DNA of 62,809 nt, counting the filler. It is 6 parts of 6 records of this genome, joined end to end, with 100 filler letters (N's around TTAATTAATTAA, not from the genome) between each part and the next. Parts side by side here need not be neighbours in the genome. Positions count along the whole stretch, not along the records: positions 15,427 to 30,614 come from SRR31156797_12057; positions 30,715 to 41,618 come from SRR31156797_12062; 4 more parts are not named here. One strand, given 5' to 3'. Position 1 is the stretch's first letter. Every line of letters starts with the position of its first letter. The position numbers and the translations under genes were made by a program. The notes below the pieces were generated by a model, which saw only the letters and a program-made list of their open reading frames with translations, was not told where the DNA came from and made no database searches. Positions 30,585-40,198 of the stretch are shown piece after piece.

Positions 30585-30614
30585 TGGTGCCCCCAGCGCG
30601 ATTCGAACACGCGG
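30585..30614 (-). tRNA. 3' end of tRNA-Arg(CCT), right att; truncated by contig end
   Basis: Reverse complement CCGCGTGTTCGAATCGCGCTGGGGGCACCA (T arm, acceptor strand, CCA); anticodon assigned from the overlapping left copy. Confidence 0.85.
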
Positions 30615-30714
30615 NNNNNNNNNNNNNNNNNNNNNNNNNNNNNNNNNNNNNNNNNNNNTTAATTAATTAANNNNNNNNNNNNNNNNNNNNNNNNNNNNNN
30701 NNNNNNNNNNNNNN
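30615..30714. other. Artificial contig linker
   Basis: N44-TTAATTAATTAA-N44. Confidence 0.99.
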
Positions 30715-30715
30715 C

Positions 30716-31831
30716 GGCATCGCCCATGATTTCAACAACATTCTCTCCGGCCTCTTCGGTTTTTCACAACTGGCAAAAAAGCACCTGAACGATCCGGACA
30801 GGGCGGAAAAGGATCTCGACAACATCCTGGAATGCGCCAAACGGGCCACCGACCTGGTTCAGCAGATCCTTGGGTTCAGCAGCAAAAAGGCCCGCGGAAA
30901 AAAGCCTTTACAAATCAGTCTGGTGCTCAAGGAGGCCCTTAAACTGATCCGGTCATCGATCCCGTCCACCATCAGGATCGAACAGAAAATCCTCTCGGAA
31001 GCGTCCGTGCTGGCAGACCCCACACAGATTCACCAGGTGATCATGAATCTGTGCACAAACGCCTACCATGCAATGATGGAAACCGGCGGCACCCTGGGGG
31101 TCAAACTGGAAGAGGTCGCCATCCACAAGGACCGGATCGTCCCCGGGCTGAACCTGCTGCCCGGCAACTATCTCAAGCTCCAGGTAAAGGACACCGGCCA
31201 CGGCATGACGCCAACCATCCGGGAGAAGATATTCGACCCCTATTTCACGACAAAAGAGAAGGACAAGGGAACCGGCCTGGGGCTGGCCGTGGTGTTCGGG
31301 ATCGTCACCGAGCACAACGGCCACATCAATGTCTACAGCGAAGAGGGCCGAGGCTCGATTTTTCAAATATTTCTCCCGGTCGTAGAGAAAGAAAAAAAGA
31401 CGAATTCGCTGATCGAGCCAAGGGAAGAAGTAAAGGGGGGAGGAGAATCCATCATGGTGGTGGATGACGATGAGGGCATCAGGAGTTCGACCCAGGCGCT
31501 CCTGGAAGACTTCGGATACAGGGTCACAACCCATGAAGACGGCGCCCGGGCCTTTGACGACTTTAAAAAGTCCCCCCTGGGGTATGACCTGATCCTGACG
31601 GACATGACCATGCCCGAACTGACAGGCTACGAGCTTGCAAAAAAAGTCCTCGAGTTGAAAACCGACCAGAAGATCATCATGTGTACCGGCCACAGCGAAG
31701 AAATGGACCGAAACAAGGCCCTTTCCATAGGAATCAAGGCCTTCGTCACCAAGCCCATGATCACCCGGGCCCTCATCTCCGTCATACGGGACGTACTTGA
31801 CGGCAAAGACGTAGAGAGAAACGCCCGTTGA
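30716..31831 (+). CDS. Hybrid histidine kinase-receiver protein, 5'-partial
   Basis: GIAHDFNNIL H-box at the contig edge, MNLCTNA, GTGLGLA, VVDDD..LTDMTMP..TKP. Confidence 0.93.
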   Translation, partial: GIAHDFNNILSGLFGFSQLAKKHLNDPDRAEKDLDNILECAKRATDLVQQILGFSSKKARGKKPLQISLVLKEALKLIRSSIPSTIRIEQKILSEASVLADPTQIHQVIMNLCTNAYHAMMETGGTLGVKLEEVAIHKDRIVPGLNLLPGNYLKLQVKDTGHGMTPTIREKIFDPYFTTKEKDKGTGLGLAVVFGIVTEHNGHINVYSEEGRGSIFQIFLPVVEKEKKTNSLIEPREEVKGGGESIMVVDDDEGIRSSTQALLEDFGYRVTTHEDGARAFDDFKKSPLGYDLILTDMTMPELTGYELAKKVLELKTDQKIIMCTGHSEEMDRNKALSIGIKAFVTKPMITRALISVIRDVLDGKDVERNAR

Positions 31832-33789
31832 AATCATTTATCCGAAACCTGCCCATCCGCCACAAGATCTTCTTTCTGCTGGCCATGATCCTCACGGTCG
31901 CCATCCTGGCAGAGGGGCTCTATGTGAACATCACCGTGAAAAACGCCCTGGAGAAAGATATCGAGAGCGAACTGACAAACACCACCCGGGCCATCCTCGA
32001 CATGGTGAAAACAGAAACGGCCCTCTCCATTAAAAACAGGCTCAGGGCCATTGCGGAAAAGAACCATGAGATCCTGACCCTTTTGCATGCCCGGTCCCTG
32101 AAGGGAAGCATGAGTGAACCGGAAGCCAAACAGCTCGCTGCGGACATTCTGTTGAGCCAGACCGTGGGCAAAACCGGGTACATCTTCTGCGTGGACAGCT
32201 CGGGCAATCTGCGGGTTCATCCCGAGGCGACCCTCCTGGACACGGATATCTCCAACCACGATTTCGTACGACAGCAGATCCGCCGGAAACAGGGATACAT
32301 CGAGTATGAGTGGACCTTCCCCGATGGCCGTAACCGCCCCAAGGCCCTTTACATGATCTATTTCAAACCCTGGGACTGGATCATCTCGGTGTCGGCCTAC
32401 CGGGGCGAATTCAAGGAGCTGGTAAACATCGAGGACTTCCGGGAAGCGGTTCTCAGCCGGAAATTCGGAGAGTCCGGCTACTCCCATATCATGGACACCA
32501 AAGGCAACCTGATCCTCCATCCAAAGCTCGAGGGAGAAAATATCTATAATTCTGTGGACGCGGAAGGACGCAGGTTCATCCAGGAGGTCTGCACCCTGAA
32601 GAACGGCAAGATCATCTACCCATGGAAAAACCCGGGAGAAAGCGCCATCCGGCAGAAACTCGTGATCTTCCACCATCTGCCGGAATTCGACTGGATCGTT
32701 GCCTCTTCAAGCTACCTGGAGGAGATCTACAGCCCCTTGAGGAATATCAGGACGGCCATCGCCTCAACCGCGGTACTGACCCTGGCTGCGGCCCTGGCCG
32801 TCACCCTCTGGATCTCCTCTTTTATCACCCAGGCCCTGGAACGGCAGATGAAACTCCTGGACACCTTTATCAACACCATCCCCTGCCCGGTATTTCTCAA
32901 GGATCGAAACGGCGTCTACATGGGATGCAACAACGCCTTTGCCGGCCAGATCCTGGGACTTGAAACCGGAAAGGTGGTGGGAAAATCCCTGTTTGAATTC
33001 AAAGAAAAAATTCCCCTGGCCCATGCCATTCTCTACAAGAAGAAGGACGATGCCCTGATGAAACAGGGGGGAGAACAGCAGTATGAGGGACAGGTAAAAT
33101 GCTCGGACAACACCAACAGGGATTTCCAGTTCCACAAGGCCTGCTTTTATGAGCCGGACGGGGAGGTTGCCGGCATTGCCGGGGTGATGATGGACCTTAC
33201 CGAGATCAACCGGGCAAGGATCAAGATCCAGGAACAGAGCGAAAAACTGCACCAGGCAAACCTCCGGCTCTCCCAGCTTGCTTCCCTGGACAGCCTCACC
33301 GGGATTGCCAACCGGCGAACCTTCCAGAAGGAGCTTGAAAACCAGATTCGCCTTGCCGCCAGGACCCGGTCCCCCCTCTCCCTTGTCATGGCGGACATCG
33401 ATCACTTCAAGAAGTATAACGACAGCTTCGGCCACACGGCCGGGGACCAGGTCCTGGAGACGATCGCCCGGCTGCTGACCAAGGGGTCCAGGGGCACGGA
33501 TACGGTGGCCCGTTACGGTGGAGAGGAGTTTGCCGTGATCCTGCCGACCACGGACCGAAAGGGCGCCCTGATCATGGGGGAACGGTTCTGCCATACCGTG
33601 GCGATCCACCCATGGGAACTCAGAAAAGTGACCCTGAGCATCGGCCTTGCCACCGCCGCCTTTGACTCGGTTGACAGCACTACGGTCGAACAGACGAGCA
33701 TCGCATTTGTCGACCGGGCGGACCGGGCCCTGTACGCCTCCAAGGAAGGAGGGCGAAACCGGGCCACCCACGAAGATCAGCTTGGGTAA
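31828..33789 (+). CDS. Cache-PAS-GGDEF diguanylate cyclase
   Basis: Two TM helices around Cache domains, DSLTGIANRR, RGTD I-site, GGEEF. Confidence 0.92.
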   Translation: MKSFIRNLPIRHKIFFLLAMILTVAILAEGLYVNITVKNALEKDIESELTNTTRAILDMVKTETALSIKNRLRAIAEKNHEILTLLHARSLKGSMSEPEAKQLAADILLSQTVGKTGYIFCVDSSGNLRVHPEATLLDTDISNHDFVRQQIRRKQGYIEYEWTFPDGRNRPKALYMIYFKPWDWIISVSAYRGEFKELVNIEDFREAVLSRKFGESGYSHIMDTKGNLILHPKLEGENIYNSVDAEGRRFIQEVCTLKNGKIIYPWKNPGESAIRQKLVIFHHLPEFDWIVASSSYLEEIYSPLRNIRTAIASTAVLTLAAALAVTLWISSFITQALERQMKLLDTFINTIPCPVFLKDRNGVYMGCNNAFAGQILGLETGKVVGKSLFEFKEKIPLAHAILYKKKDDALMKQGGEQQYEGQVKCSDNTNRDFQFHKACFYEPDGEVAGIAGVMMDLTEINRARIKIQEQSEKLHQANLRLSQLASLDSLTGIANRRTFQKELENQIRLAARTRSPLSLVMADIDHFKKYNDSFGHTAGDQVLETIARLLTKGSRGTDTVARYGGEEFAVILPTTDRKGALIMGERFCHTVAIHPWELRKVTLSIGLATAAFDSVDSTTVEQTSIAFVDRADRALYASKEGGRNRATHEDQLG

Positions 33790-33879
33790 TCTGCCACAGA
33801 GCAATTTTTCCTGGACTTTTATCCCCTGCCCCCATAAATTGTGTCCTGAATCTATTAAAACATACCAGGTGAGAAGAAT

Positions 33880-34668
33880 ATGGAGAAAAAAAACATTCGG
33901 CTGATATCATGGAACGTCAACGGCCTCAGGGCCGCCGTTAAAAAGGACTTTTTCGCATCGGTAGAAAAGCTTGCTCCCGATATCCTCATGCTCCAGGAGA
34001 CCAAGCTCCAGGAGAACCAGCGAACCGAGGAGATGATCTCTCCTCCCGGGTACACCTCCCATTGGGCCTATTCCACCGTCAAGAAAGGGTACAGCGGGGT
34101 TGCGGCCTACACCCGGCTTGCCCCCCGGACGGTCACCCCGGGCATGGGGATCCCGAAGTTCGACCAGGAGGGCCGAATCCTGGAGCTGGATCTCGGGGAT
34201 TTCATCCTCTTCAACATCTACTTTCCCAACGGCCAGATGAGCGAAGAGCGGCTCCAGTACAAGCTCGACTTTTACCAGGCCTTTTTTGACCATGCCGACC
34301 GGCTCAGGGACCAGGGAAGAAGCCTGATCATCACCGGGGATTTCAACACCGCCCACAACGAGATCGACCTGAAAAATCCAGGGCCCAACAGCAAGCGGTC
34401 GGGGTTTCTGCCCATCGAACGGGAGGTGCTGGACAAGATCGTGGCAAACGGCTATGTGGACACCTTCCGCCACTTCAACCCGGACACCGTAAAATACTCC
34501 TGGTGGTCCTACCGCTTCAACGCAAGGGCCAACAATGCCGGGTGGCGTATTGACTATTTTTTCGCAACCCAGGATATCATTGACAAGGGCTGGATCACCA
34601 ACACCTTTATCGACAACGAGATCCTGGGATCGGACCACTGTCCCGTGGGACTCGAACTGACCATTTAA
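33880..34668 (+). CDS. xth: Exodeoxyribonuclease III / AP endonuclease
   Basis: SWNVNGLR, LQETK, GYSGVA, YFPNG, GDFNTAH, GWRIDY, SDHCPV. Confidence 0.95.
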   Translation: MEKKNIRLISWNVNGLRAAVKKDFFASVEKLAPDILMLQETKLQENQRTEEMISPPGYTSHWAYSTVKKGYSGVAAYTRLAPRTVTPGMGIPKFDQEGRILELDLGDFILFNIYFPNGQMSEERLQYKLDFYQAFFDHADRLRDQGRSLIITGDFNTAHNEIDLKNPGPNSKRSGFLPIEREVLDKIVANGYVDTFRHFNPDTVKYSWWSYRFNARANNAGWRIDYFFATQDIIDKGWITNTFIDNEILGSDHCPVGLELTI

Positions 34669-34693
34669 AACCATATTTCAGGGAGATGCCAGG

Positions 34694-36133
34694 ATGAAAC
34701 CGTCAACCATCGTTCTCTTGACCGTTGCGGCCCTCTTGTTGTCCAGCTTAACGATTGCGGCCCCCCCCTACATGCAGACCGACACCGATTTTTACCCATA
34801 TGCCCCTTCCCTGCTCAAGTGGGAAAAAACCGGGGCGGATTTCACCGAGCCTGAAACCTGTGGCGAATGCCACCCGGAAAAGTACGAACAATGGCAGGGT
34901 TCCATGCACGCCATGGCATTCCAGGATCCCCTCTACCAGGGAGAGCTGAAACTGGCCGTCGCCAAGGCGGGCCATGACACGGCACGCCAGTGCGAAGGGT
35001 GTCACACCCCGGCGGCCGTAGTAAAAGGCGAGATCAAGGGCCCAGGCCTGAAGGGGCTGAGTCCCCTTGCCCTGTCCGGCGTCTCCTGCGATGTCTGCCA
35101 TTCGGTCAAGGGCCACACCCACTGGCAGACCCCCTCCCACCAGCCAGAGAACGGCTCCCTGGTCCTCTCCCCGGGCACGGGGGATGAGGAGCTGACCAAA
35201 TACGGTCCCCTGGCACCCGATGAATGGTGCGGCGAGGAGTTTCACACCTGCGTGGAATCAAAACTCCACACCTCGTCCGAGCTGTGCGCCTCCTGCCACC
35301 AGGTGTTCAACCACCGCACCCACACCCCCCTGGAAGAAACCTACCAGGAGTGGAAAAACAGCCCCTACTCCACCCGAAGCATCCATTGCCAGGATTGCCA
35401 CATGGTGGATACAAAGACCTTTAAACGCTCCGCGGACGAGCTGGTCAGGCCGAAACTTGCCGAATACCGCCACTTTTTCAACGGCGCCAACCTTTTTCTA
35501 TACAACATGTCGGCTCTGGCTGCGGAAAAAAAAGGGGATAAGGACCTTGCGGACAATGCCAGGGAGAAATACGACATGGCCCTGGCCCGGCTCAAGGCCG
35601 CGGCGGAATTAGCGGTCTTTCCGGTCCACCGGAACGGCAGGCTTGCCGAAATACGGATCCGGGTGAAAAACATCCGGGCCGGGCACAACCTGCCCACCTC
35701 CCTGACCAACATCCGCCAGATGTGGCTGGAAGTCACGGCCACCGGGCCGGACGGAAAGGTGCTCCTCTCCACGGGCACCCTGGATCCAAAAGGAAAACTT
35801 GCCAAAGGCACCCGGATCTTCAACACCCGGGGCCAGGACCGCAACCTGAACTTTTCCATCTATCCCTGGGAGATCGAAACCTTTTCCCAAAACGAGACCA
35901 TTCCCCCCAAGGGATTCAGGGAGGTGAGTTACGGGCTTGCCATGAAAAAGGGCGTCCCTGTGACCATCCATGCAAAGCTGCGGTTCCGCCAGGCGGACCA
36001 GGAGATCGCGGAAAAACTGCTCCGCCAGGTTCCCGACCCGGGCCACCTGGAAAAAATCTACGGTATCAAGGAGATCCCCCTGCTGCCGGTGATCGACATG
36101 ACGGAGACAAAGGTTGTCCTGAACACCCCTTGA
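34694..36133 (+). CDS. Periplasmic multiheme c-type cytochrome (5 CxxCH; c554-like N-terminus)
   Basis: Signal peptide; CGECH, CEGCH, CDVCH, CASCH, CQDCH; AGHNLPT. Confidence 0.9.
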   Translation: MKPSTIVLLTVAALLLSSLTIAAPPYMQTDTDFYPYAPSLLKWEKTGADFTEPETCGECHPEKYEQWQGSMHAMAFQDPLYQGELKLAVAKAGHDTARQCEGCHTPAAVVKGEIKGPGLKGLSPLALSGVSCDVCHSVKGHTHWQTPSHQPENGSLVLSPGTGDEELTKYGPLAPDEWCGEEFHTCVESKLHTSSELCASCHQVFNHRTHTPLEETYQEWKNSPYSTRSIHCQDCHMVDTKTFKRSADELVRPKLAEYRHFFNGANLFLYNMSALAAEKKGDKDLADNAREKYDMALARLKAAAELAVFPVHRNGRLAEIRIRVKNIRAGHNLPTSLTNIRQMWLEVTATGPDGKVLLSTGTLDPKGKLAKGTRIFNTRGQDRNLNFSIYPWEIETFSQNETIPPKGFREVSYGLAMKKGVPVTIHAKLRFRQADQEIAEKLLRQVPDPGHLEKIYGIKEIPLLPVIDMTETKVVLNTP

Positions 36134-36196
36134 TTTGATCCCGTCAGGAGGGTTACATACTTTGTTTGTTTTTATCCTTACGGGCCTGTCAGGTAT

Positions 36197-37744
36197 CTAT
36201 CCCCTCCAGGCCCCGGCCAGTTGCGTCAAGGGATCTGCCAGGGACTGAAACCGGGCCAGCCGGACCGTATCCTGATTTTTGTATGAAATGAACAAAATGA
36301 GCCCCAGATCCAGGATCTTCTCCATGGCCCGCTCCGTCAGCAGCACTTCCGCGCAGGGCTTGGTGACAAATTCCCCCTGTTCCTGATACACATGCAGGGG
36401 AAGGCCCTGGATCTCCGGGATGCCCCCCGGACGAAGATCCCAGCCGAAACGGGTAAATGCCTGTGCCAGGAGCAACGCACAGGCAAAGGCGGCATTGCCC
36501 CACAGGTAATGGTCATGCTCGGGAACGGCAGAGAGTTCTTCAAAATCAAAATAACTCACCGGGTCGGTATCCGCTCCATAGGGGAGGCGCAACAGGAAGC
36601 GGGGCAAGGCAAGGCCCAGGTATGTTGCTTCGGGAAGCTCCCTGAGCGCCTTCCACGCCTGGGCATCCGCTTCATCGACAGTGGGCGGCAAGTCCGCCGG
36701 AGAGTCATGGTCAAGCATCCGATCATGGCCCCCCGCAATGAACGGGGCACCGGCAAGCCGGGCAAGCCCTGCCATTGGCCCGAGGATTTCAGCATCCTCC
36801 CGGGTCTGATCAAAGGTGTAATTTCCGGCCAGCACCGCCCAGGGTTCCCCCCCCGGCGTTCCCGCAGACTGGGCCACAAAAAGCCGGTAAACCGCGGTGC
36901 TTTGCAGGTCGTCCCCCCCTTTCAGATCCGCGGCCAGTTCCGCCTTTGTCATGTCCAGCAGATACACCTTGAGCAATGCATCCGTTTCCGCCCTGTGGAC
37001 CAGAAACCGGAGGGCACGCCAGGCCGCCTCCAGGGCCTGAAATCCCGGATCGTGGAGAAGAACGCCCATGAGCCCGGAAATGGACGCGTCAACTGCGGCC
37101 ACAAGCCCGGCCTGCCCGGGATCCTCCCCGGGAATCAGATGGGGGCCGACAATATGCTTCATGAACCCATCCCATTCCGAAGGGGCCGCCCCCCCTACGC
37201 TATCCGGCGGCCGGTCTTCCGCTTCCCCAATGATCTGATCGAGGAGGCCTGGGCCGGAGACATCAGGTACGGGCACAGGCGGTTCCGGTACGGATGGTAC
37301 CGGCTGTTCCGGTGCGTGCCCCGGGCCAGCCCAGGCCCGGACCTCTTTTCCGGCGGATTCAAATGTCCGATGATCCGTGAGCCGTTTACGGGTTTCCCTC
37401 AGTTTTCCAAACACTTCAAGCCGTTCATACAACTGCTCGGGATGAAAGTCATCAAATTCGGCAAATTGAACGGTAATGGGAGGCTCCGCATTTCCGGCCA
37501 CAGGCACCTGCACCGCCACGCCAAGCGTTTCCATGACCGCTTCAATATTGTCCCTGTCCACCTGGATGGGCCGCAGGTCAGCGGGCACAGCGGCAGGACC
37601 GGAGGCAACCCGGTTTCCCCGGCCGCTGAAATCCCCGATCATGCAAATCCGAAACGGGGTCTCGGCTTCCGGTTGCCCCCGTACCTCATCCATTGACGCA
37701 ACGAGTTGGAAATCAAGTGCTCCAAAAGAAATGGGCTTTCCCAT
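36197..37744 (-). CDS. T6SS contractile-sheath-domain protein (TssB-TssC fusion, C-terminally shortened)
   Basis: PFRICMIGDFSGR/VDRDN/DDFHPE (TssB-like); LHDPGFQALEAAWR, LALPRFLLRLPYG, YLWGN (TssC-like); SD AGAGG before ATG 37744. Confidence 0.85.
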   Translation of the reverse strand: MGKPISFGALDFQLVASMDEVRGQPEAETPFRICMIGDFSGRGNRVASGPAAVPADLRPIQVDRDNIEAVMETLGVAVQVPVAGNAEPPITVQFAEFDDFHPEQLYERLEVFGKLRETRKRLTDHRTFESAGKEVRAWAGPGHAPEQPVPSVPEPPVPVPDVSGPGLLDQIIGEAEDRPPDSVGGAAPSEWDGFMKHIVGPHLIPGEDPGQAGLVAAVDASISGLMGVLLHDPGFQALEAAWRALRFLVHRAETDALLKVYLLDMTKAELAADLKGGDDLQSTAVYRLFVAQSAGTPGGEPWAVLAGNYTFDQTREDAEILGPMAGLARLAGAPFIAGGHDRMLDHDSPADLPPTVDEADAQAWKALRELPEATYLGLALPRFLLRLPYGADTDPVSYFDFEELSAVPEHDHYLWGNAAFACALLLAQAFTRFGWDLRPGGIPEIQGLPLHVYQEQGEFVTKPCAEVLLTERAMEKILDLGLILFISYKNQDTVRLARFQSLADPLTQLAGAWRG

Positions 37745-37892
37745 GGCCTTTCCTCTTAAATGAATTGCGATTATTTTAAAGTGGAGACGAAAATAACATA
37801 CCACGAAATCGTTTCGCCGGCAAGGCCCCGGCCATGGGACCACGGGCGGGAGATGGCGGCCGGACGCCCCGGTCCGGCCGCCGTTGCCGTTA

Positions 37893-39854
37893 TTAAAGTT
37901 GCCGTCTGTCGGACATATCCACGAGCACCCGCTCCCTTGCCTTGTCAATGCCAAGGGCAGCCCGCTTCTTGTCGATATGGGCGATCATGCTGTGTGCCAT
38001 GGCGATGGGATCGGTTTCAAAGCCCCACTTGCCGAGTCCCATCTCCTCCAGCTCCTTGAACAGGTGAGCGTGAAACTTCGTGTTCTCCACAATGGGAAAA
38101 GTGACACCGAACATGGTGTATACGCCGGATGCGACAAAGTACTGACCAATGGCGATCGCCTTTTCGCTCATGTACTCAGGCGCGGCACCTGCAACGGGCA
38201 GGTCTGCCAGGCTTTCGCCCAGTCCGCCCTGGGCCACCATGGCCGATGCCGCAATGAGGATCCGGGAGTTGTCCACACAGGAACCAAGTCCCAATACCGG
38301 CGGCATGCCGACGGTTTCGCACACCTCCTGGAGGCCCGGCCCTGCAAAATGGGCCGCCTCCGGACTTGAGAGCCCGGCCTTTGCCATGGCGATCTGGGAA
38401 CACCCGGTCAAAAGCACCAACACATCGTTCTTGATCAGCTCCTTGACAAGCTTAATGTGGGACTCGTCCTGCCGGGTCCTGGGGTTGGTGCAGCCGACCA
38501 CGCCCGCAACCCCGCGGATCCTACCGTTGATGATGTTTTCATTCAAGGGCGCGTAACTGCCCCTGAAGGTGCCGCCCAACATATAGCTGATATACTCGTG
38601 ACTGAACCCCTGGATTCCGGTATTCACATCCTTTGGAATCTCAATGGGCTGTTTCCGGCTCTTGAACCGTGAAATCGCCTTGATCACAATTTCATCGGTG
38701 CAGGCCATGGGATCGTGCTCATGGAACTCCACGTGAACGGCCTCTTCAATCATGGCCCGGGTGTTCGTGGTGATCAAGGGCGTATCGTAGCACTGGGCCA
38801 CGGCCGCCAGTCCCTGCTTGATGCACTGGATATCCACGGCCATGGCATCCACGGCCCCGGTGACCAGGATCGCCTCGGTGGAGGAGAAGTTGCCCGCATG
38901 GGGAACCCCGTGACGGGACATCATCTCGGCACCGGAGCAGCACATGCCCACAAGGTTGATCCCTTCCGCCCCGGCATCCTTCGCGGCCTGGACCAGGACT
39001 TCGCTTCCCACGGAAACCATCATGGATTCAAAGAGGTTAGGTTCATGGCCATGGATAATGATGTTGACCATATCCTCCTTGAGCACCCCCATGTTCACCC
39101 CCACCTCGACGGGCGAAGGAGTTCCGAAGAGGATGTCGGAAATCTCGGTGGAAACCATGGAACCGCCCCATCCGTCGGACAGGGCTGTCCGGCTGGCCTG
39201 TTTGGTGATGTTCTCGTAATGCTGGTCCACCCCCATGGTGGTGCGGTGCATGATCTCCATAATCTCCCGCATGGCCCCCCGGGGAACGATGTCCAGTTTT
39301 CGCCAGTTTTCCAGGGTCACCTCGGGCACCCGTTTGGCAAACGGAATTTCCCCTTCCACCTGGGTATAGGTCCGCTCGAGCTCCTGATAGAGATCCGTGG
39401 CGATCTCCTTGACGCTCCGGTCCTCGGTCTCAATGTCCAGTGATTTAGCAACGGCAACAAGCTTGAAAGGGTCCTTGATCTCGTAATCCAGGACCTTGCC
39501 GTTCACCACATCCCGAAACAGCTCCAGCATGGCCATGCCGTGGTCCGTGTGGGCAGCGGCCCCGCCGGCCACGGCCCTGGCGAAATTCCGCGCCATGATG
39601 GTATCAATGGTGGCGCCGCACACCCCCACCTTTTTGTACGGATCCCGGGCATTGAGGCGACAGGGCCCCATGAAGCAATGCTTGCAGCAGGCGGAGTCCG
39701 CGCCGATGGGACAGGCCTTCATGTCACTCGCCCGGTCAAAGTTGAGAATAACCCCGTCATTACGGGCCTTGGTAATCATCTGGGCCGTGGACTGGCAGGC
39801 GGTACAGTTTAAGGGGTCAGACATGGATTTGGTGTTTTTGTCTTCTTTTTTCAT
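37893..39854 (-). CDS. cooS: Anaerobic Ni-Fe carbon monoxide dehydrogenase catalytic subunit
   Basis: CCKHCFMGPC, GVCGA, HGHEP, GMCCSG, VGCTN, TGC, GSCVDNSR, SEKA; SD AGGAGG before ATG 39854. Confidence 0.95.
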   Translation of the reverse strand: MKKEDKNTKSMSDPLNCTACQSTAQMITKARNDGVILNFDRASDMKACPIGADSACCKHCFMGPCRLNARDPYKKVGVCGATIDTIMARNFARAVAGGAAAHTDHGMAMLELFRDVVNGKVLDYEIKDPFKLVAVAKSLDIETEDRSVKEIATDLYQELERTYTQVEGEIPFAKRVPEVTLENWRKLDIVPRGAMREIMEIMHRTTMGVDQHYENITKQASRTALSDGWGGSMVSTEISDILFGTPSPVEVGVNMGVLKEDMVNIIIHGHEPNLFESMMVSVGSEVLVQAAKDAGAEGINLVGMCCSGAEMMSRHGVPHAGNFSSTEAILVTGAVDAMAVDIQCIKQGLAAVAQCYDTPLITTNTRAMIEEAVHVEFHEHDPMACTDEIVIKAISRFKSRKQPIEIPKDVNTGIQGFSHEYISYMLGGTFRGSYAPLNENIINGRIRGVAGVVGCTNPRTRQDESHIKLVKELIKNDVLVLLTGCSQIAMAKAGLSSPEAAHFAGPGLQEVCETVGMPPVLGLGSCVDNSRILIAASAMVAQGGLGESLADLPVAGAAPEYMSEKAIAIGQYFVASGVYTMFGVTFPIVENTKFHAHLFKELEEMGLGKWGFETDPIAMAHSMIAHIDKKRAALGIDKARERVLVDMSDRRQL

Positions 39855-39895
39855 TCTTCCCTCCTGATTGGAGTTCGATTTGTCGCAATACATGG

Positions 39896-39913
39896 AGTGT
39901 ATCGCGATACACT
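39896..39913. promoter_or_regulatory. Perfect 18-bp palindrome upstream of cooS (candidate operator)
   Basis: AGTGTATCG|CGATACACT, 42 bp before the cooS start. Confidence 0.55.
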
Positions 39914-40198
39914 TATGTCTTATACGTATCAACTACAATGAGACGTTGACGAGAATCACCTCCTTGGAAAAAAGCCTTGATTGGACAGGTACAGCCAGGT
40001 TGATAAGCCCGGTAACAATTGAATCGAAGCAAGAGGAATGCCACAACGTGGCAGGTATATTGCAAATACAGCCGCCGGCCCGGAACAGCAAACCATTGTC
40101 ACGACCTGGCTTGGATCTTGCACATTTAGTTTGGATATTATTGATCCATAGACCCGTAACATTCTTTTAAACAAATAACACCTTGTCAGGAGGGAACC

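Larger units (their letters stand above)
15427..30614. mobile_element. tRNA-Arg(CCT)-targeting integrative element (phage-satellite/tycheposon-like), apparently complete
   Basis: tRNA-derived att sequence at both contig ends (shared TCGAACACGCGG); integrase next to one end; TGTGGGGA arm repeats at both ends; AlpA and primase-helicase genes. Confidence 0.9.

Noticed and set aside
15427-30614. Prophage or ICE call
   Set aside because: No recognisable structural, terminase, lysis, relaxase or T4SS genes between the att sites
36197-37954. Complete T6SS locus, and the 585-aa ORF start overlapping cooS
   Set aside because: Only one sheath-like gene is present; the SD-supported start is 37744
30953-39867. 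Many long antisense/alternate-frame ORFs (e.g. 32764-33804, 36392-37696, 33907-34674)
   Set aside because: Shadow ORFs of GC-rich genes with clear family motifs on the other strand; no SD or motifs of their own
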